64,000 nucleotides of DNA from Octopus vulgaris (GCA_951406725.2 OX597822.1:39866001-39930000); one strand, 5' to 3'; shown: positions 1 through 13,428, counted from the first letter of the stretch. The notes: generated from the sequence alone by a model not told the origin. A program made the numbers and translations.

Positions 1-250
1 GCTTTGATTTAAAAACGCCTACATCTACTTTGTGTAGGTTCCTCAGGCTCTTTGGGAGAATATTAAAAAGATGTGGACCCTTGAAGCCCAGGCTGTTGCA
101 GTAACCGGTCCTGAAGCGCTGTGGCGTTGCTGGGATCTTTGGCACTATGCAGTGTCGTCCTGTTCTGGCATTGGTGTAGCTTTCAATGCCAAAATTTGTC
201 ACAATTCCTTCCAGGATCTTTCAGATGTATATTACTGCATACCTCTCCCG
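1..250 (-). mobile_element. C-terminal fragment of a CR1/L2-group LINE ORF2 (runs off window start)
   Basis: Minus strand reads RERYAVIYI*KILEGIV...SLGFKGPHLFNILPKSLRNLHKVDVGVFKSK, matching the post-RT RRERY..IY.WKIL..GP.LFN.LP...FK..LD pattern; in-frame stop; related fragment at 52512-52643. Confidence 0.7.
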
Positions 251-277
251 CATGTATATATATAAATATACATATAT

Positions 278-357
278 ATACTCTTTTACTCTTTTAGTCT
301 TTTACTTGTTTCAGTCATTTGACTGCCGCCATGCTGAGCACCGCCTTTAGTCGAGCT
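278..357 (-). mobile_element. 3' tail fragment of SINE family A (CORE-type)
   Basis: TACTCTTTT..CTTGTTTCAGTCATTTGACTGCCGCCATGCTGAGCACCGCCTTTAGTCGAGC, same tail as the full copy at 60300-60722. Confidence 0.75.
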
Positions 358-515
358 AATCTTCAGTCAAGAATCGGATCATCCTCGCAATTTCGGCTGA
401 TTAATCTTGAGATTGTTCCGATCTGGCCAACCCCAAGGAAAAACTATGGTTTCTAACCATAGATCCAAACTCCTTCATTGGAATTTCAACATTGACAACC
501 GGGTATCTTTCTTTG

Positions 516-782
516 TATGTATGTATGTATGTATGTATGTATGTATGTATGTATGTATGTATGTATGTATGTATGTATGTATGTATGTGTGTGTGTATGT
601 ATGTATGTATGTATGCATATATGTATATACTGGCTGCTATTTCTAAAAAGCTCGGTATGTGGTAAAGTAAATTATTTTACTTTACCCTATTTTTATAATG
701 TATGTATGTATATATGTATGTATGTGTGTATGTATATATGTATATGTATGTATGTATGTGTGTATGTATGAATGTGTGTATG

Positions 783-813
<31 letters not shown>

Positions 814-935
814 ATATGTATGTATGTATGTATGTATGCATGTATGTGTGTGTATGTATGTATGTATGTATGTATGTATGTATGTATGTATGTATGTATG
901 TATGTATGTATGTATGTATGCATGTATGCATGCAT
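516..935. repeat. (TATG)n microsatellite blocks
   Basis: Direct reading; source of the MYVC/HTYI ORFs. Confidence 0.97.
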
Positions 936-1229
936 GATTTTTCATTGTGTTTTAATTTAAGCTTTTCTTGAGAGATTTCAGGCCGGTGTCTAATAAAACG
1001 ACATGACTGATTTAGTTAAGCGACCAAACTTATGATGAATAAGCATTTCACCCTTGACTAGTTTTAGAGTTATCTCAGGCCAAATTTTCGAATATATTCT
1101 TCCTTCTTTTAAGAAATAGGTCGTAATTTAAGGGAGATTTCTTGCTATATCTAGCAGACTCAGCGACGACATAGAGGCTGCTTCATCGACCTGTAAGACT
1201 TGTTATAACCTGTGCTAAACATCTCTAGG

Positions 1230-1977
1230 TGTTATAGGCATCATTGTCTGCCTATATTTGTGCAGTTGCAGCAGCAGTGGTTAAAAGCTCTCACGAGTTT
1301 TGGAGTGACAGAGCTGTATACTTTGAAAGCATTTATCGGACACACGATCATGTGTCTCCTAACTGTTAAATGACCGGATGTACGAAACAGTTTGTAGGGT
1401 AAAAAGATTGCTAAGAAGAAGTAAATATAACGTGTAGTCTTAATTAGTCGATGTTGAGAAAGTGAAGGTGGGGACAAGGGTTAGGGCTAGGAGTTGGAGT
1501 TAAGAAAGAGGCCAAGAGTAGCTGGAGAGCTGGCCTGTCGGTCAAGTTTGTGAGGATAATATTACAGCTTATTCCGGCTCGGCCCTTTGCACTAGAGTTG
1601 TTTGTTTATATGTGTCAATATGTCAATGGGTCAGTGAGAGTTTGATGGAAAAGATATGAGAACCAAGCTGTGTTGCATTCATTAAAGTCCACTCTCTGGT
1701 GTTGTCCTCTCATCGCTTACTATGTCGCTTTCTTCTTGGAATAAGCCTTTCTACTAAAAGCACAAGGCCTGAAATTTTGGTGGACGGAGCTAATTGATTA
1801 GATCGACCCCAGTATGTAGCTGGTACTTAATTTATCGACCCCGAAAGGATGAAAGGCAAAGTAAAACTCGGCGGAATTCGAACTCAGAACAAAGCGAAGA
1901 TCGAAATACTGCTAAGAATTTCGTCCAACGTGCTAACGATTCTGCCAGTTCGCCGCCTTTTTCTTCTTGGAATAACA
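1230..1977 (+). mobile_element. Candidate solo LTR interrupted by a SINE
   Basis: TGTTAT at 1230 (also at 1201) and ATAACA ending at 1977 form inverted termini; ATTAAA at 1681; no clean TSD (CTAGG vs CAAGC). Confidence 0.35.
1745..1959 (-). mobile_element. SINE family B (tRNA head, MetaSINE-like central domain) with 16-bp TSD
   Basis: Head GGCGGCGAACTGGCAGAATCGTTAGCAC..GAGTTCGAATTCCGCC; core GCCTTTCATCCTTTCGGGGTCGATAAATTAAGTACCAG; TSD TTTCTTCTTGGAATAA at 1729-1744 and 1960-1975. Confidence 0.88.
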
Positions 1978-2362
1978 CAAGCAATGGTGTATTCAAAGTA
2001 AAAGGATCTAATTTAATGGCCGTAACATACCAGTTTCTGTAGGATTTTGGGGGTGATATTCACACACTGCTGGTAGGGGTTTTATTTGATAATGTCGGAA
2101 ATATAAATAGATAAATTATTAGTTCTAAATCTCTGAACGAGAAACATGCAGCAACAGTACGATAAAGTAAAGTTCATTTGCCAACGTAAAGTGGCAGTCC
2201 TGATTAGGACCAATGTTACTGTTATTTAGCCCCAGGAAAACATCGTTGGCAAAGAAACTTCACTCCATCGTACTGCTGCTGGATATTTATCGTTCAAAGA
2301 TTTAGAACTAATAGTTTCTATATTTTTGAGATCAGTGACTGTGTGTTACTTTGAAAAGTACA

Positions 2363-2684
2363 TATCGTATTTGATGGCCTATAAGACGCACTCAATGTAG
2401 GCTCACAACTCGCTTGTTTGTCTGTTTGTCTATCTATCTACCTGTCTGTCTATTTATCTATGTATGTTTACAAAACGTGTGCTGCCATCTATTGGTGAAC
2501 AAACACCTACGGTCTGTTTATATCGAATGTGGATGCAATAAATGCTTATAATTACCGGTAATAACATAAAGGTATACAGGTAAGTGGAGGAATTAAAACA
2601 TTTATTTTAGTGGTAATTTATTTTACAAAAGTATAGCCTAGGTTAGGGTGCATCCTATGCCCTTATAGGCCATCAAATACGGTA
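2363..2684. mobile_element. pogo/Tigger-like MITE
   Basis: Terminal inverted repeats TATCGTATTTGATGGCCTATAAG (2363) and CTTATAGGCCATCAAATACGGTA (ends 2684), with TA ends; non-coding interior. Confidence 0.75.
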
Positions 2685-2761
2685 CTTCGAACAAGATATG
2701 CTGTTGCCATCTCTAGTCAAGCGATTATTCTATGATGATAAAGGGAAATAGCTCAGGGGTT

Positions 2762-2880
2762 TTAGCGGTTCAGTAAAAGAGACCGATAGAATAAATACTA
2801 GGCTTGCAAGGAATTAGTCTTGAGGTCGATTAGTTCGACTAGAGGTGGTGCTCCAGCACGACTGAAATAAGTAACAGAAT
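2762..2880 (+). mobile_element. Degenerate SINE family A tail
   Basis: AAAAGAGACCGATAGAATAAATACTAGGCTT..GGTGGTGCTCCAGCA..GACTGAAATAAGTAA. Confidence 0.65.
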
Positions 2881-2944
2881 AGTTTTATAATGAAATATTA
2901 GGAATTGTCTAAAAATAATCATTAAAATATTTTATGCAATAAAG

Positions 2945-3198
2945 GTAAAGACGATAAGAACCCCTTCGGCCATGAATGACCATGGGGTTGCACTTAGAAA
3001 GTTCCCCTCCGAGGCACAATCCAGGTAAGATTTTTATGGAAGACTGAAGGAAAGGAAAGGGGGCCGATACAGCTTGGTACCAGTGATGGCACAACTCATT
3101 TCTACTGCTGAGTGAACTGGAGCAACGTGAAATAAAGTGTCTTGCTCAAGAACACAACAAACAGCCCTGTCCGGGAATCGAACTCACTACCTCGTGAT
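2945..3198 (-). mobile_element. SINE family D (tRNA-derived; Deu/Nin-like core)
   Basis: Minus strand GAGTTCGATTCCCGG (B box), TTGTGTTCTTGAGCAAGACACTTTATTTCAC, TTCACTCAGCAGTAGAAATGAG; related copy at 58680-58880. Confidence 0.65.
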
Positions 3199-3605
3199 AT
3201 ATTTTATGTATTGCAGAAGCATTAGCAATTCATTGCGCATAAAGTTTGACAAAGAAATCTCGTATGGACTCCCGATTGATAACCGCTGATGGAAGCCAAT
3301 GATGGGAAATCTTTTGAAGCTGAGCTTGGAATCAGTTTGAAGCGTGTGTCTATGCGATTCTGTGACAAAACGTGAGGTTTACATACAATGAACTCGAGTC
3401 GATGTGAAGAGATGTGTACTAGGTGGAGATGGAAGAGTGAGAAGAGAGGAGAGGAAGAAATAGCGGGTGAGTAACAGAGGGAGAGAGAGAGAGAGTGAGG
3501 TAAATGGAAAGACGGTGACACAGTGAGGAAAGAGAAAATTCCTAATGAAGGGCATGAAATGTGTGCGCGCGTGTGTGTGCGTGCGCGCGTGTATATATAT
3601 ATATG

Positions 3606-3945
<340 letters not shown>

Positions 3946-3959
3946 CTTCATATATATCA

Positions 3960-4070
3960 ACAACAACAGGTATCACCAGATATACAATTACGTGTTCACA
4001 ATGAGTTGGGTAAACGTATTGCTATGTGTATTCAAAACAATGGTAACCGTATAGAGGCTGTTAAAGAGAA
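3960..4070 (+). mobile_element. Short Tc1/mariner transposase C-terminal remnant
   Basis: Reads VSPDIQLRVHNELGKRIAMCIQNNGNRIE, resembling the terminal R...CI...G.HFE motif. Confidence 0.4.
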
Positions 4071-4263
4071 AAAGAAACTGTTCTTATAAACTGTTTCTTA
4101 TATGTATAAGTATCTATCTGTCTATATTTATTTATAAATTTATATAAATAAGGATAAGATCGTTATTTAAAAAACTGATAGTGGGACGATATTAGAACCT
4201 TACATAGAACCAGTCGCACATACAGATACACTCACACTTATGTATAAAGAGTTCGAAGCAATA

Positions 4264-4264
<1 letters not shown>

Positions 4265-4339
<75 letters not shown>

Positions 4340-4401
4340 GTCTGTCTGTTTATCTATCTACTTGTCTGTCTGTTTGTCTATCTATCTACCTGTCTGTCTG
4401 T

Positions 4402-4493
<92 letters not shown>

Positions 4494-4675
4494 GCATCTG
4501 TGTATCTATCTATGCATCTGTGTATCTATCTATGTGACAGTCTATTTAAAAATCTCAGCCTCTCTTTACACATAGGCAGGCACACACGCGCGCGCGCGCG
4601 CACACACATACACAAATACACAAACACACACATACACATACACGAATACACAGACACACACACAAACACGCAGAG

Positions 4676-4730
<55 letters not shown>
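4265..4730. repeat. (TATC)n and (CA)n microsatellites
   Basis: Direct reading. Confidence 0.95.
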
Positions 4731-4731
<1 letters not shown>

Positions 4732-4881
4732 GAGAAAGTAGCGCTGGTGGTGAGGAGAGAACAAACGAAGATTATTAACTGACAAAAATTGCATTTTGAG
4801 ATAGGAAGACTTGTAATGTATGAGAGCTGATGGATTTTTAAACCGTTTCCGTTTTAACGTAACATTAATAATAGCGACTCA

Positions 4882-4952
<71 letters not shown>

Positions 4953-5289
4953 CAAGACCACCGCGACTGCTACTACTACTGTGCTGTGGCAATGATAGGG
5001 ATGAATAATATGAGAAAAGCGTAAAAGGAAGGAAAGACAGAATACGAGAAAGAAAGAATGAGAGAAAGAGAGGGGGAAAGAGAGAGAGAAAGGAAGAAAG
5101 AAAGAGAGAGAGAGAGGGAGAGAATAGTGTAGAACAGGGGCAGAAGGAAGAGGAAGAGTAGAGGCAGAAGATGATAGTGAATTCCTGTAGAAAATGGTGA
5201 CCAAAGGAAGCTGAAAGGTTTTGATAATGGTATCACTTTGTTGTCTGGCCACTGGATTAGGACGGTGTCTATGTTGTATCCGGGGGGAA

Positions 5290-5568
5290 ATATATATAAA
5301 TATATATTGTTCATTGGTGGCCAGCAATGTGTGTATATACATTTATACATACATACATACGTTTTACGACATATGAACTTTTTACCTCATAGCCATGCCT
5401 GGAACTATACACACACACACACACACACACACATATGGGGGCATAGATACATACGTATATGTATATAAAGAGACACAGCTAGTATATTTGTCGTAAAACA
5501 TATGCATGTATGTTTGAATGTATATACACACATTGCTGGCCATCGATGAACAATATATATATATATAT
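5290..5568. repeat. Inverted repeat, about 85-bp arms
   Basis: ATTGTTCATTGGTGGCCAGCAATGTGTGTATATACATT..GTTTTACGACA (5290-5375) versus TGTCGTAAAAC..AATGTATATACACACATTGCTGGCCATCGATGAACAAT (5485-5568). Confidence 0.8.
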
Positions 5569-5641
5569 ACAACACACACACGCACACGCGTATGTATGTC
5601 TGTACATATGTTTGTATGTATGTATGTATGTATGTTTGTAC

Positions 5642-5721
<80 letters not shown>

Positions 5722-5918
5722 GTATACATCTTTATACTACAAATTCATATAAACTGCTAGGCGCGATACAGTACCATAAAGGAAAATTTTAACCGTCACT
5801 AAATTTGAATGAAGGTGCCGAAGTAAGAGTTAAAATCTCTTAATGCTGTAAGAAGATTGCAATATATATATACACTGATAGGGGAGGTAATTGCGTCATG
5901 ACCGTCTCTAGAATCATT

Positions 5919-5965
5919 AGACCAGACTAGTTTCGCCTCTTTCGTAGGCATCATCAGTAGTGACT
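5919..5965 (-). ncRNA. Type I hammerhead ribozyme motif
   Basis: Minus strand ACTA-CTGATGA-T-GCCT(ACGAAAG)AGGC-GAA-ACTAGT-C-TGGT: intact core, 4-bp stem II, palindromic stem III, GUC site, stem I ACTA/TGGT. Confidence 0.78.
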
Positions 5966-6002
5966 ATCTATCTGCTTTTATACATATATACATGTATATA
6001 GG

Positions 6003-6162
<160 letters not shown>

Positions 6163-6625
6163 TACGGCGTAGACATGCAAGATAGAGAGATAAATAATTA
6201 CATACTTCAAATACTTGTGTCTTCATGGGCACGTTTAGACTGTGGAGAACCAGTAAGTCATATTCCTATATTTCTATGTTCTTTGTTTGTGGTTCCTCAT
6301 CTTTGAGAAGTTCACCGACAACAATGACGCTGCATTTAAAAAATGACTGCGTCTGCCAAGAAAATGTTTTCTGGCTAAACTGTATCTCCAGAGACTCTAA
6401 TCTCTTGAGATGGAATCTTCCTACAAGGGGCAGTTGGGACTCTCAGTGATTCTAACAGACTCTATCAACTTCGATACATATTTTCTCACCACTGTGGTTC
6501 TACTTTAGCGACGTGCTTCATGTCAATTACAACTACGACACAGTACCATACCATTCTCTATTCTGGCTTAACAACAAATCCCAAGACAACCCCCATCGCT
6601 AAGCTGGTCCTTTTATGTCAAACTT

Positions 6626-7089
6626 CTTAATCCTTTTTTGCCCCTTGTGGAGCATAGGGCCTCAACAGTTGTTTTCCACTTTTTGCGGTCATTGGCGTGT
6701 TTATTGGCTGCTTCCCATGTCAGGCCAGTGGTACTGAGCTCGTCCAAAATACTTCATACTTCCATGTCTGCTTCGGGCGTCCTCGCTTCCTTTTCCCGTG
6801 TGGGTTCCAGTCAAGTTCTTGTCGTGTCACATTTGAGGGTTCTTTCCGCAGTGTGTGTCCGATCCATCTCCATTTCCTTCGTCTAATCTGAACATGTATG
6901 GTCCTCCTGGTTGGCCCTTTCCCACAGGTCGGTGTTTTGCACTCTGTCGAACCACTTCAGATGGAGGATCTGCCGGAGACATTTGTTGATGAAGGTCTGG
7001 ATCTTCTTGTAGTTGCTGCAGGTGGCTCTCCATGTTTCAGAGCCATACAAAAGCACAGATTTTACGTTTGAACTAAATGTCAAACTCAC
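6626..7089 (-). mobile_element. RTE-clade LINE 3' fragment
   Basis: [58 protein letters not shown] across two frames. Confidence 0.88.
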
Positions 7090-7100
7090 AGAGTAATAAT

Positions 7101-7305
7101 TATTTCATATTTTTGCCAAAAGGGCAGCTTGGGGGAGGTGAGGATGAATCGATTACATCGACTCCAGTGTTCTACTGGTATTTATTTTATCGAGGATGAA
7201 AGCAAAGTTGACCTCGGCGGGATTTGAACTGAGAACGTAGCGACGGGTGAAATACCGCTAAGCATTTCGTCCAGCGTGCTAACAATTCTGCCAGCTCTCC
7301 GCTTT
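7101..7305 (-). mobile_element. SINE family B with TSD
   Basis: Family B head and core; AGAGTAATAAT duplicated at 7090-7100 and 7314-7324. Confidence 0.8.
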
Positions 7306-8267
7306 AAACTTATAGAGTAATAATGGAAGAATGATTATTTGGTTATTTGACCTGCAAGAAATAGCAGCCAAATCGCCTTCAAATCATATCCGATCGCCTT
7401 GAAAAAAAAAAGGATGCATTGAATAATGCAGGTCTTGATACTCCTACAACCCTCAAACCGACCCACACTCCCATTGCTCTCGTCACCTCACTCCTCAAAA
7501 GAGGAAGATCAAGGTCAAAGCCGGACTGACTTTGATCGCAAGTATGCTCACTCATAGACAACTTGGGATAAACGACAGCAACTACCGTCATGAACAGAAA
7601 TCTCAAAATATTCCATAGGAGCCTGTCAAGTTTATTCATTCAAAACCCACAGACACAATCTTTGATCAGAGGAAAGGAAAACTCTCTGCCTCACCCCTCT
7701 TATCGTACGTGTCTTGTCTCTTATATCTCTCCTCTTTCACATCTCGAAGAAACAATTTCCAACGACTCCCTATCTACTCCTGAAGAATTCCCAATTTAAA
7801 TCACCAAAGACGCTACACAGGTCAACAAAATGAAACACTTTATTCTCGTATGAGATACAAATGGATTTTTCTTAGAAAAGATTTGCTGCCGATTCTGAAT
7901 CTGATTATCTTTTTCCGATATTACCGCCCAATTTTACACAAGCGTTAACAGAAATTATCCCTTGGTCTCAAGAAAAGGGCCATTGAAGATGATACATTCT
8001 CAAGAAAAGCACCATTGAAGAGGATATATTAGTGTGAGGGTGTAGTTTAACAACTGCTTTAAATTTAAACACATGCTCAGCAATATTGAGGATTGGGCTA
8101 AATTGACACTATCAGCCCCAGTACTTTACTGGGACTTTATTTTATCACCCCTTGAAGAATGAAAATTAATGTTGACCTATGCGGGATTTGAACTCAGAAT
8201 GTAAAAAGCCGGAACAAATAACCCATGGAATTCTGTCCGACGCTTTACCGATTCCGTCAATCCACCG

Positions 8268-8548
8268 GTATGTATGTATGTATGTATGTATGTATGTATG
8301 TATGTATGTATGTATGTATGTATGTATGTATGTATGTATGTATGTATGTATGTATGCATGTATGTATGTATGTATGTATTTATGTATGTATGTATGTATG
8401 TATGTATGTATGTATGTATGTATGTATGTATGTATGTATGTATGTATGTATGTATGTATGCATGTATGTATGTATGTATGTATGTATGTATGTATGTATG
8501 TATGTATGTATGTATGTATGTATGTATGTATGTATGTATGTATGTATG
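8268..8548. repeat. (TATG)n microsatellite
   Basis: Direct reading. Confidence 0.97.
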
Positions 8549-8549
8549 T

Positions 8550-9110
8550 GTCTCTTCCATTTTTTTAGTTATTATAATTCTTCCATTGAGGGAGGAGCCG
8601 GCTTCCAATAAAAATGCAAGGCTCTATCTTTGGGATGTAGTCAACACAGACAAATTCACAATTGGAACTTGAGAAAAGTTATGCATATTTTCACTGTTCC
8701 ACTCACAGATTGCACTTGTAAAGTATGAATCAGCCGGCCAATTTCTCTTTCTGAAAATCCCAGTTTATCTAGATTCTCCTTCAAGCATTTACTAACAAAA
8801 CCTAGTGTTCCAGTTATTATTGGTATGAATATGAATTCATAGCCCGGATATAGAAGCTGGAGGTTTCGAAGCAGTTGTCGATAGACATCTTCTTTCTCTT
8901 TAATTTTCAAAGCGATATTTATATATCTGCAGGGCAGCTGGCCTCCGTGATGGTATATACTTTTGCTCCTCTGTCCCAAACAACAATATCCGGCCTGTTA
9001 TGTTTACATTTGACAGTAGTTTTGATGGAAATATTCCACCAGTATTCTTTGAGTTGGTGTTTATGAATGTACTCCATAACAGAGGGATTTTCTAAGTTTA
9101 TTTCAGGATA
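8550..9110 (-). mobile_element. 3' end of a site-specific non-LTR retrotransposon (R4/Dong-like) with restriction-like endonuclease
   Basis: Frameshifted ORFs 8919-9110 and 8656-8979 give WWNISI..KHNRPDIVVWD..EASCPADINI..KEKEDVY..IPIITGTLG, a PD-(D/E)xK REL domain; 3' UTR abuts the (TACA)n tract. Confidence 0.82.
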
Positions 9111-9525
9111 GCTTTTTTTGTGGTGCCCCATCCTGTTGGAAAATGAAGTCCCTACTGGCTCTTCTAATCGATTTACGGGCAGTTCGAACTCGCTCAACAG
9201 TATCATCTGAAGTTGAGGGGCGTCCCATTCTATTTGCTGGGCACAAACACCCATCCTTCATGAATTTACTATGCCATCTCAATATGGACTTCCTTTCTGG
9301 TGCCTCTTTTCGGAATTTTGTGCAAAATGCAAGTTGAACATGTATCCATGATTCAGTTTTTGCAAATTCAAGGACGCAAAACACCTTTTCTGGTTGAGTG
9401 AACGCTATTTCTGGATCTGAAAAAATATGAAAAATCATTAGCATTACAAAGAAACTTAATTACCAATCATAGTCAAGCAGATATGAGGACTTTAAATGTG
9501 CCCAAGATTTCTGGAACACCCTGTA
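9110..9525 (-). mobile_element. Internally deleted Tc1/mariner element (DUF4817-type HTH)
   Basis: End TACAGGGTGTTCCAGAAA (9525 leftwards); EKVFCVLEFAKTES..VQLAF..RKSILRWHSKF..GRP..RKSIRRASR joined directly to FQQDGAP. Confidence 0.82.
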
Positions 9526-9535
9526 TATGTGTGTG

Positions 9536-9738
9536 TGTGTTTGTCCCCTCAACATCGATTGACAACCGATGCTGGTGTGTTTACGTCCCCGTAACTTAGC
9601 AGTTCGGCAAAAGAGACCGATAGAATAAGTACTAGGCTTACAAAGAATAAGTCCTGGGGTCGATTTGCTCGACTAAAGGTGGTGCTCCAGCATGGCTGCA
9701 GTCAAATGACTGAAACAAGTAAAAGAGTAAAAAGAGTG
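9536..9738 (+). mobile_element. SINE family A 3' half
   Basis: TTTGTCCCC..GACAACCGATGCTGGTGTGTTTACGTCCCCG..GACTGAAACAAGTAAAAGAGTA. Confidence 0.85.
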
Positions 9739-10014
9739 TATACACATATATATTATAGTGGAAGCAACACGGAGACTCATGATCCACGTTGCCACTTATC
9801 GAACCTGTTACAGGCCAAATAGGTGTGGGCTTATAAAGATGGTGAGAAGTACATTTTCCTCTGGATTGTTCTTGATCAAGTTTTAAAACCATAACAATGT
9901 CACGTGGATAATTCATATTTTTCAAATATGTTCGTTATGTCGTTCAATAAGTAAATACATCAATGAGTAAAGTATCTTCTCGAGCGCACACACACAAACA
10001 CACACATACACACA

Positions 10015-10184
10015 CATATACGACGGGCTTCTTTTAGTTTCCGCCTGCCAAATCCACTCACAAAGGCTTTGGTCGGTCCGAGGCTATAGTAGAAGACACT
10101 TGCCCAAGGTGCCACGCAGTGGGACTGAACCCGGAACCATGTGATTGGTAAGCAAGCTACTTACCACACCACCACTCCTGCGCC

Positions 10185-10185
<1 letters not shown>
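10015..10185 (-). mobile_element. SINE family A 5' half (tRNA head + CORE-like domain)
   Basis: Minus strand AGGCGCAGGAGTGG..GGTTCAGTCCC (B box) followed by GCACCTTGGGCAAGTGTCTT. Confidence 0.85.
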
Positions 10186-10242
<57 letters not shown>

Positions 10243-10889
10243 CACACAGATATATATATATATATATTTATTTATTTTATATGTATATATATATGACACA
10301 ATACACACGCGCGCGCACAAACAGTTGTACATACATACATATAAGATACACACAGTTTCTTTCTTCATTTATTTATTTATTTATGTATTTATGTATGGTC
10401 TTTTGGGTGATAGTCAACCTTCCGATCGAACAAGGAATCGTTTCCATTATTCTTTCGATTTGTGCATTTACCCGTTGGTTTTTTCAATGACGGGTGGAAT
10501 TTGAACTCAAAATTCAGAAACTCAGAACAGGTATTATAAGTAACCATCTCCGACACTCAAAATAACTTCACTAATCTATCACCAAGGATTGGTGCCATAT
10601 TTTTGTCGACCCCGCAAGTGTGAAAAGCAAATTTCACCTCGACAGGATTTGAACTCAGAATGTAGAAAGTCGGAATAAATAGCACGTGACATTTCTATCC
10701 AACTCTCTAGCCATTCCGATAATCTGTTGGTATAACAGATTAACTGAAATCCATCCATCCATCCATCCATCTATCCATCCATCCATCCATCCATCCGTAC
10801 ATACATACATATCTACATACATACGTACATACATACATACATACATAAATACATACATACATACATACATACATACATACATACATACA

Positions 10890-10923
<34 letters not shown>

Positions 10924-10963
10924 CATACATACATACATACATACATTCATACATATATATACA

Positions 10964-11175
10964 TACGAGTGGATGCTGCAAAGTTCCTGGCTTTGGGTAA
11001 AAAATACACAGAAAGATCAGTTAATTGTGGTCTTATTCAACATATTTCTCTCAGATTCATACACTTATAGCAGCGGTCCTTCAGGTTTTCTAAGCCTTGT
11101 AAAAGAACTCGAAAGGTTGGGCCTCTAGCCAGGCGTCTCGCAATACCCTTAAAGGCAGGAACTTTTCAGGATTCC
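10964..11175 (-). mobile_element. mariner 3'-end remnant
   Basis: End TACGAGTGGATGCTGCAAAGTTCC at a TA; minus strand FYKA*ENLKDRCYKCMNLRE resembles a mariner C-terminus. Confidence 0.6.
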
Positions 11176-11726
11176 ATCGTTCATACACACATGATGATAA
11201 TAGCTGTCAACTCGCAACCAAGAAAGACCATCACTGACCATTGCCTATGACAAATGCCAGTAATGATCGTGCATGAAGTCATTGCACCTGCGGTCGGTTT
11301 CACCTGGGTTCGCGCTCGCGGCCTCCATGCTTGCTGCGACGCCTTCGTATTCCGCCGGGCATCGGAAAGTCGCCCCGCTGGCGATTGCACAACCTAAAAT
11401 TTTGGGTTTAATAAAGCTTGCACGGCACCTCACAGGCACTCTCCAGCCTTCCAATATGATCTAGAAATAAGCCAGGTCACGATGTTCAATGCCGATATGG
11501 GTCACAAGCTCAGGAACGTGGAAGCGCAATGATCTCAAGCGCTAGTAAAATATGTCCCGTATGTTCAATGAAGTTCCTTGTATTCATTCATTCATTCATT
11601 CATTCTGTCTGTCTGTCTGTCTGTTTATCTATCTACACACACACACCCGCAGCCGCACTCACATACAGAGGCGCACATATGTGCGGATACACGCGCAGGC
11701 CTCTGCACGCGCATACATGCGTCCAC

Positions 11727-11783
<57 letters not shown>

Positions 11784-11787
11784 TATA

Positions 11788-12507
11788 TCTATATTATAAA
11801 TCTGAAATGCGAAAAGTTTGTTTGTTTGTTTGTCTGGTTTTGGCATTGAGAACGGGTTAAAGGCCACTAGATCCCGTCGGATTGACTCCAAAATTTACAG
11901 GGGCATGTAAAATGAGGTGAGGATGCCAGCGGGCTAGGTTACAAATCCCAAAAACGCACTTTGACAAGTCTACTCATTCTTTTATGTTTCTGTCTTCCTC
12001 CGTAACTCACTCTCTTTCCTCCCTTCCCATCACTTTCTATATATATATAACGTCGTTTAACAGCGTCTAACTCCCCTTCACTCTTTATAACGTCGTCAAA
12101 CAGCGTTCTATATCTCCCCCTCACCGCCTTCGACAGCGCTTTCACACACTCTCTCTCTCTACGTCTGTCTGCATCCATAGATAGAATTATCATTACCACC
12201 ACCACCACACAATCATGAGAACAAATATTATGAATCAGATATTTATTGGGTTAATTTATATGTGTGTGTGTGTGTGTGTGTTCTATATATAAATATGTAT
12301 ATTAAACTTTTTAATACTTTTTGATAGTTATATATATTTTTTAAAAAATTATAAATATAAATTAATAATTTTAATTTTAAATTTAAATAATTTAAATTTT
12401 TTAAATTTTATATTTTATATATTTTGTATATTATATTTTTATTTTTATGTTTTCGTTTATGTTTTTCACTGTTTGATTTGCCTAATAGTGGTTTTATCTC
12501 TAATTTA

Positions 12508-12542
<35 letters not shown>

Positions 12543-12564
12543 GTATACATTTGTATATATAATG

Positions 12565-12616
<52 letters not shown>

Positions 12617-13428
12617 ATGTGTGCATTATGTGGTCGGTTGTGCTGAAAATATGCACACCTATGTTAAAAGTGCTGGCGAGTTTGCATGGCAACTATTTTT
12701 TTCCTCAAATGAAACGCGTGACCTCTAGGACAAAATTCCTCATCTTATAAAATGTGACGAGTAGACCCGAATGAAATCGGGTTATATTAACCAAAATGTG
12801 AAAAGAGGTCTAAATGGGGCTTGAAGGGGATTAAAATTTACAGGAGCGGGTGTTTAGGAATTCTCTGTTACATCAAGCTAAAAAATTTGCGCCAGCCTTC
12901 AAATCGTCAATGTGTTGCCGTCCATGATGAAGAAGTCTTGAATGCTTGCCATCGTGAGTCTACTGTCGTGAGAAAGAATCACTTCAAAGCTTGGTGTTTA
13001 GGAATTTTCTTTTACATCAAGTTCAAAATTTTACGCCAGCCGTTAAACTGCCACTATGTTACTATCCGTCGTTAAGAAATGCCAGCCATGGTGACTCTAC
13101 TATCCTCAGATTCTATCCTTTCAAACTTTGGTTTCCAATATTTTTTTAATTTTTTATTCAGCTCGCAAGTTCATCTGTCCCTTTTAAATGTTAGTGTTTT
13201 GCTTTCTGCCTTGAAGCAGACCTTTCCGTTGTCAGTGCCTGATATTTATGATTGATCTTTCAAACTACTTTCTTTCTCAACTTACTCAAGATCTTTTGTT
13301 GTTTATAAATTGGAGAGAGATAGATAGAGAAAGGTAGAGAGTAAGAGAAAGCGAGGGAGAGTCCGAGAGAAAGGAAGAGTAAGAAAGTGGGAAAGGGAGA
13401 GAGAAAGGAGAGAGAAACAAAAAGGGAG

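Noticed and set aside
355-510. Minus-strand CTGAAGA at a SINE junction in a pLTR-like segment
   Set aside because: The rest of the fold is absent, so a ribozyme cannot be supported.
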